Origin: Chrysomallon squamiferum
Lineage: Eukaryota; Animalia; Mollusca
Assembly: GCA_012295275.1 (NCBI GenBank)
Contig: CM022668.1
Coordinates: forward strand, 7,688,001-7,752,000
Length of the DNA: 64,000 nt
Reading direction: 5' to 3'
In this document: one piece after another, positions 57,551 to 64,000 of the stretch
Numbering within the stretch: the stretch's first letter is position 1
Layout of the letters: each line of letters starts with the position of its first letter
Program-made: the position numbers and the translations under genes
The notes under the pieces: model-generated
The model's input: only the letters and a program-made list of their open reading frames with translations
What the model was told of the DNA's origin: nothing
The model's database searches: none

Positions 57551-57997
57551 TGATATTTATTTTAACATAACCAATAACAAAACAACAATGATTGTTCTGT
57601 GCACATGTAACACACACAAAACATTCATAAACATTCTCTCTCATCACCTTTTTCTTTTCTTTCTCCACCTTTGTCACAAACATGCTCATCAATCCACAAT
57701 CATTTTTCTATCAACACCACACTGACTACTACAATAATACCATGTACACAGAACATCACTTGTAGCTCATTCATACAGGCAAGGACAACAGTGAGATGAA
57801 AGAGAGGCAATCAGTCTGGTGTGTGACAGATGTACTAATGGAAACTGGAAGAATCGAGTCTGTGAAATAAAACCATTTCTGTCACCTTCAAGATGACTCT
57901 CATTGTATGACGGATTGATGATTTCGGTTTCTATATAATTCAAGGGTTGAAGAATTCAAGTTTGGTACAATATATACCCATTATAATTATGTATATG

Positions 57998-58060
<63 letters not shown>

Positions 58061-58189
58061 ATGAATGCATTTTTTTGTATCTCTCTCTCTCACACAAATA
58101 TATATGTGCATGTATGTGTGTGTGTGAATGTGTGTATATATGTGTGTGTGTGTGTGTGTAGTCTGTGTGTTTGAATATGGCCACAACAT

Positions 58190-58321
58190 CCAATTCAGGT
58201 AAGGCAAATGTAGTTGTTATAGACAGGTGGTTGTCATACATAGTTTAAAAATAAATAAAGATACTGTGATATCTCAGTGTTTTGTAATATTCAGGTGGCC
58301 AAGAAAGCAGGTTTAACTGTA
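58190..58321. mobile_element. Remnant end of a pogo/Tc1-mariner-like MITE
   Basis: Internal caggtgg subrepeats and a terminal ...caggtttaactgTA, like CAGTNAAACCT-type termini with a TA target. No partner end found. Confidence 0.35.
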
Positions 58322-58555
58322 CATACATGTGTGTGTGTGTGTGCGTGTATATAGATTATTAACATATGTATATAAGAATGTGTATAAAGGCACATGTGAG
58401 TTGTGAACATACAATGGCTATTTCAATAAATATATAATGATTAGGGATGCTGTAAGTTAGTATTTACTTTACTTTCCAAAGTGAAAGGTTTCTGGCCAAT
58501 GATTTTGGATTACACTATGTAAACAGTTGTTTGGGGTCAACAGCCGGCGGCATCA

Positions 58556-58577
58556 TGACCTCTGACCTTACAGGTCA
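58556..58577 (-). promoter_or_regulatory. Perfect DR1 element with an extra everted half-site
   Basis: TGACCT-C-TGACCT-tac-AGGTCA, with a further GGGTCA about 20 bp to the left. Confidence 0.5.
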
Positions 58578-58926
58578 AGGACATATCAATAACAATGGTT
58601 AAGAGTTACATGCTTATTTTATGAAATAAACTGAAGAAATGGTTAAACTGTATTTACAAGCTAGATAATTGGTAATCAAAGAGAATTTGTGAGAGCGAAA
58701 TCTCTCTCAGTAAGACATAATCACTGTATATTACAGACATTGGTACATGATTGGCCATATCCTGTCCAGGTTGTGATATAAACAGTTTTATGTGAACTGG
58801 TGAAATATGAGTTAGAATATACATTGACTATAATTTTTATGAAATTAATAATAATTTAAGTGTAAGTACTATTTTAACTTAGAAGAAAGAGCTATGTAAG
58901 TGCGTGTGTGTGCATGTGTGTGTGAA

Positions 58927-59017
<91 letters not shown>

Positions 59018-59218
59018 AAAGATTAGAAGTTTATTTTTTCATTCAAACGTATTAACAGTTTTATTGGAAAACGTTTCAATAGATTTGGATATAAATGTAT
59101 ATGTAATTACATATTTGTGTTAAGAAATAGCAGGCTCAGTTAAAAACATGTAAATAAATGAAAGTATTAAGAATTAATAGAAGAAAAAAAAAAAAAAAAA
59201 AAAAAATCAAGCAAAACA

Positions 59219-59765
59219 TCGGTCGCTAAGTGGCTCTTATAATTCCGTATCGAACTGTGGGGGCGGGAAGACAACAAACTTTTCCATTGTACACTTCACA
59301 AAAACCTTTAATGATCAAATACAAAAAAATAAAAAAAATAATTTAAAAAAAATAATAATTCTTTGATTCTGCTTTTTTTTTCTCTCTCTTTAAACTGTTT
59401 ATTGCTATTAATAACTTCACGTCACAGAATCCAACCGTTATGACGTCTGCTGCCCGAACAGTTTATTTTAGAGCACGTATCGTTTATTTCTGTACGTTTC
59501 TCTTTGACCACGGCAGTATTATCTGTCATTAAAGGAAATGGTAATTTCTCTTACTCTCTCTGTTTGACCGTAACAATATGCCTGTCGTTAAATGAAATGG
59601 CAATTTGCCATCTGACGCTGTAACTCCACAAACATCTCCCATGGAGCCAATCTTTGTCGCGTATTAGCCGGACAGGTGGCGATTAGTCTCGATAAACGCT
59701 CTTGTTTGTTGGGGTCGCGTCAAAAGCAATTTGTTCTCTGTGAAATAATGGAACCGCTGCGTTAA
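59219..59765. promoter_or_regulatory. CpG-enriched candidate promoter or enhancer
   Basis: Many CpGs relative to a CpG-poor background, a GC box GGGGCGGG near 59260, CRE-like CACGTCA and TGACGTC near 59418-59447, and a CCAAT near 59647. Confidence 0.4.
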
Positions 59766-60321
59766 TGGAAATATGGAATGAATGTTACACAATTTACAAG
59801 CCTGTGCTTATTATGAAGTAAATGTTATTTTACTGTCTGTAATTAGTGCTGTTATTAAACGAATTGCTTCTTTTTATGGCATCATCATCTTTCTTGTATT
59901 GCTACAGGTGATCGTATTGTCGCTGGTGTTATTGCTATTACCATTACTGTAGTCGTTGTTGTTGTTATTACTGTTTTTATTATTAATATTGTTGTTGATA
60001 AAAATATAGTTATACTGTTCTCTGTTATCTTTTCTAATGCTGTTACTACTACTACTACTATCACTACTTCTGCTATTGCTGCTACTACTACTACTACTAC
60101 TAATTATTAAAGCAGCTGTTATCCATATATTGATATGGTTGTCTATTACTACTGTTACAGCAGCTACAATAAAAACTACAACAGCTACTGCTGTGTTGCT
60201 GCTACTACTACTGCAGCCACTGTCTATTTCAACATTTATTAATCAATCACTCAACAGTTCTTTGCCAAAATGGATGGATGGAAGAGAAAAATTCTGAAAG
60301 AACAAATATTAATCACTCCAA

Positions 60322-60374
<53 letters not shown>

Positions 60375-63300
60375 GAAGAAAAAGAAGAAGAAGAAGAAGA
60401 AGAAGGAAAAGAAGAAGAAGAAGGGAACAAAATTAGAAATAACATTTCTCATGGTTGCTGTATTTGCATACAAGACATGTTTCAGCTACACAAAGAAAAC
60501 ATGGAAATGAAGAAAAGCTGCAAGAAAAAAAAAGAAAACAAAAAGTGAGAATGAAAGAAAAATAAACAGGCTAATATTTTTTTAGATAATATTTAACATT
60601 TTACTAAAGATTACTTTAATGAAAGATTAAAAAGTAAGAAAAAAATGACCAAATAAATACTTTTAAAAATATAATATTTTAAATTTAATTTTTAATTTAT
60701 AACCATCTATTTCTTTTACATTACTGATGATGATGATGAATAAAATATACTTGGCCTAATTTAAAAATAGTTATATAAAAAAAGAGAAAGAAAAAGAATT
60801 AGCAAAGTAGTTTTTATTCAAAATAAAATTCTTCATATGTGACAACAATGCATCTGTTTGTACCTGAAGAAATGAGGAAAAAACCAAAAACCAAACACAA
60901 AAGTTGTAAAATAAAAAAAAGTTGAATTAAAGAGCAATTTTCATTCAGTAAGCTGATTCTCCAGTAACAGGTTCGTGTGGAAACTGGAGAAAGGTTTCAA
61001 GCTGAGATGTAGTTTTGTGATTAAACTTCAAAGATGGCGTATTGATTGTGTTATTTCTGCAAACCGCGTCAGTACGAGGTGTTTTACATTTTTCTCTCTG
61101 AGTTTTGCTGATATTACATCTCAGAACTGATAAAACACACTGAAAGGTTAAAGAACCATTTCTTTAAAATGAAATTTGAGTCATCAAAACCTTCTTTTGT
61201 AATGTCTTTTTTTTTAAAAATATTTTTATTATTAATATGCATGCAGATTTAATAAACTTATTTCTTTGTTCACTTCTTCTTCTTCATTAAAACAAAATAA
61301 AACAATATTTCTAGATATTAAATTATTTTTTAACTCTGTAAATATCATATGTACATACATAAACAGGATGAACACATTTGTTATGGGTCTGTTCAGTTTG
61401 GTTGATTCAATATTTAATTTTTTTTTATTGAAACTCATTTCACTTTGAAAGTTATTTCCATTTATGCTGTGACTGCTGTCTGAAACTCTGTATCTGACTT
61501 TGAAGTGTGTTGTTATAAGCTATTTTAAAGTTTTATTTAGATATGGAATAATGAATTCATTCCCAGATATATACATTCACCCATAGATTCATTCATTCTT
61601 CAAATCAGGATCCAATTAAACATATATCTGGTAACTTTATTTGTGAAATTTTGGAAAAAAGAAGATAGAAAACTGTTTGTAGAAGTAGAATATTCTGACC
61701 TTTCAAAAAAGAACCCAACAACAACAACAACAAAAAAAAAAAAAAAATTATTAAATAAAAAAAAAAAAAAAAACCCCTACAAAACAGAAAGCAACAAAAA
61801 CATGCAACTGAACAAAATAACAACTTTAAAATATCTCAAAATAGCTGTAAGTGCATAATAACAGACAGTATTACTTAGTGTTCCTTTCTTAGAAACAGGT
61901 CACAATGTTATAGAAAATACCAAACGGCAAAAAAGTATTTTACAAATGAAGGTAAATAACTAAAGTCCATAAGTGACATTTACTCCATCATTGCTTTTTT
62001 TCTTTATAATTTGTTTTTTTTTTACCTTTTTTTCTTTTTAAACATGGCATGTTCTGAAGATGTTTGGCTTACGGGAAATTGATTTCCTATCTTAGTCTTA
62101 GTTAAGCCTGAGATGTTAGTAAAAGCTTTTATTTTTAAATTGGAAAAAAAAGAATAGAATTATCAGACATTGCAATTACAGTTATTATCAGTTTCTAAAA
62201 CGTTTTCAGAAATTGGTTTTCATTACCGGTATTATTATTACAGTTGTTTGTCCCTTCTTCTATAAAAGAATATTTTAATTTATTTTCTAATAGTTACATT
62301 TGCACGTACAATAAAAAAAAAAAAAAAAAAGATTGTTGAGGGTATGCTTTTGACCGTTATCTATTTCTACAATAGTTTCAAACTTTCTGTCTTTCTTTGC
62401 CCCATTCTGTCTGTCTGTCTGTCTGTACCTTTAAATGTATTATGTAACGTTAGATTATTTTTAGAGAGAGATAGAAAGATGGTCAGAGTGAGACAGAGAA
62501 ATGAAAACAAAGACAATAGCCAATATGGATAAAAAGATAGAGACACAGAGACAGAAGGAAAAATAAAAGCAATCACAGGTAAACATTTAGAGAGACTGAG
62601 AGAGGGAATGAAAAAGAGAAAAATAGATAAAACAAAAGACTACACTTTGATTGATACACATATACACACATGTACTATGTATGTATATATATATGGTTTG
62701 TGTGTGAGTGTGTTGTGTGTGTGTGTGTGTGAATATTACTATGTTCATGTTTTAATTATTTCAAAGACCATGAAGTTTTTTGACTAAAAATTTCAATTTC
62801 TTTTTTTCATTTTCTTTCAATTACATCTATCATGTTATAGAATCAAAACCACAGAACTAATACCACTAAGACCATTTGAAAAAAAAAAAAAAAAAAAAAA
62901 AAATCCATTACTGTGAAAATTAATACTACATTGTCTACTTTCCAAGACACCTGAATATTAAAAACTATAAAATTACAAAAAGCTATTCTTGTTGTTTTGT
63001 TCAGCTATTGTGAAATACAATTCGAAAGTCGATATTAATACAGACTATTGATTATATGTGTCTATGTGTAAAATGCCAGACATTGTAGAGACCAGGGCTA
63101 TATTTAATACACATTTGTAGTTAATTAACTCTTACGTCATGAACTAATCATAAAACGAGGAATTAAGGAAGGAATTAATACTTCCAGATAATATGTATAT
63201 TTAATTAGAACTTTTCTTTTTCTCTCGTTTTTTTTGTGTTTGACTCATTTTATTTCATATTTTTATTTTTGTACGTTACATTTTTATATGTTATTACAAA

Positions 63301-64000
63301 TGATAGAAAAAGGTTTTGATAATTAGAAACATACTTTGTGATACTTTCATAAGAAGTATACAAATGTATACAAATTGAAAAGTTAAACAACATACACACA
63401 TGCACAAACATACAGACACAGACATGTACACACAAACACATACATAGTCACACACACACACACACAAACACACACATACCTAGAATCTGGTTTTCAATAT
63501 AACAAATCATGATAGCTAAAATAAGCATTAACGTATGCCTAGCTGTTAACTTTGTTAATTCAAATTTTTAAAAATCCTTTCAAATTTTATTTTATATTTA
63601 TTTTTTGTAACTTGGTTACAAGTTTTTGTGAGACATTAATCATTATTCAACAAAATTTAAATCAATCTGGTTTAAAATATTTATTATTCTCCTATTATTT
63701 CCATGAAGCTGGTGTTGACAACTGAGCTAAATGCAATCACTGGTTCAGAACTTTTTATTATCACTTTATTTCTCTTGTCAAGAGATTTTCACATGTTACC
63801 GGCATGCTGGAAAAACAGCAATACTGTTTGTTTTGTTTTTTTAAATCTTAAAGACAGGTTTATGTTTCTTCATTATTAGATTTATTTTTCAGTGATTGTG
63901 TACTTGAGTTTCGTGTCTCATAATCAATACATGTAAACACTGACATACAGATGAAGAAAGAACTACATTTCATGTCATTGCAGACCAAACTCAGAACATC

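Overview
AT-rich, microsatellite-dense metazoan DNA. Decayed Meta-type SINE remnants suggest a mollusc, probably a gastropod (inference). Nearly all ORF-track hits are translations of simple repeats. The real coding signal is small and lies on the minus strand. Two short ATG-initiated exons, 38999->38854 and 6908->6743, each end at a GT donor with the same peptide motif (basic residues...LDGxxYTI). They resemble two alternative N-termini that I recall for Ca2+/calmodulin-dependent phosphodiesterase PDE1 (vertebrate PDE1C 'KKCRSATFSIDGYSFTI' and 'RRCVLTVDGYNYVI'). The window therefore looks like the 5' alternative-first-exon and intron region of a large PDE1 gene whose catalytic exons lie beyond the left edge. 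As assembled, the 38.9-kb exon carries one extra base at a CTT-AGA site; this is an assembly error, a null allele or, less likely, +1 recoding. Also seen: two further candidate minus-strand exons (42.9 kb and 52.7 kb), five RFX X-box-like palindromes, two perfect DR1 elements, a TATA-like/Inr core promoter, a ~200-bp inverted repeat, several minisatellites (one with higher-order structure), and signs of chimeric long-read consensus. Homology calls come from memory and were not checked by a database search.
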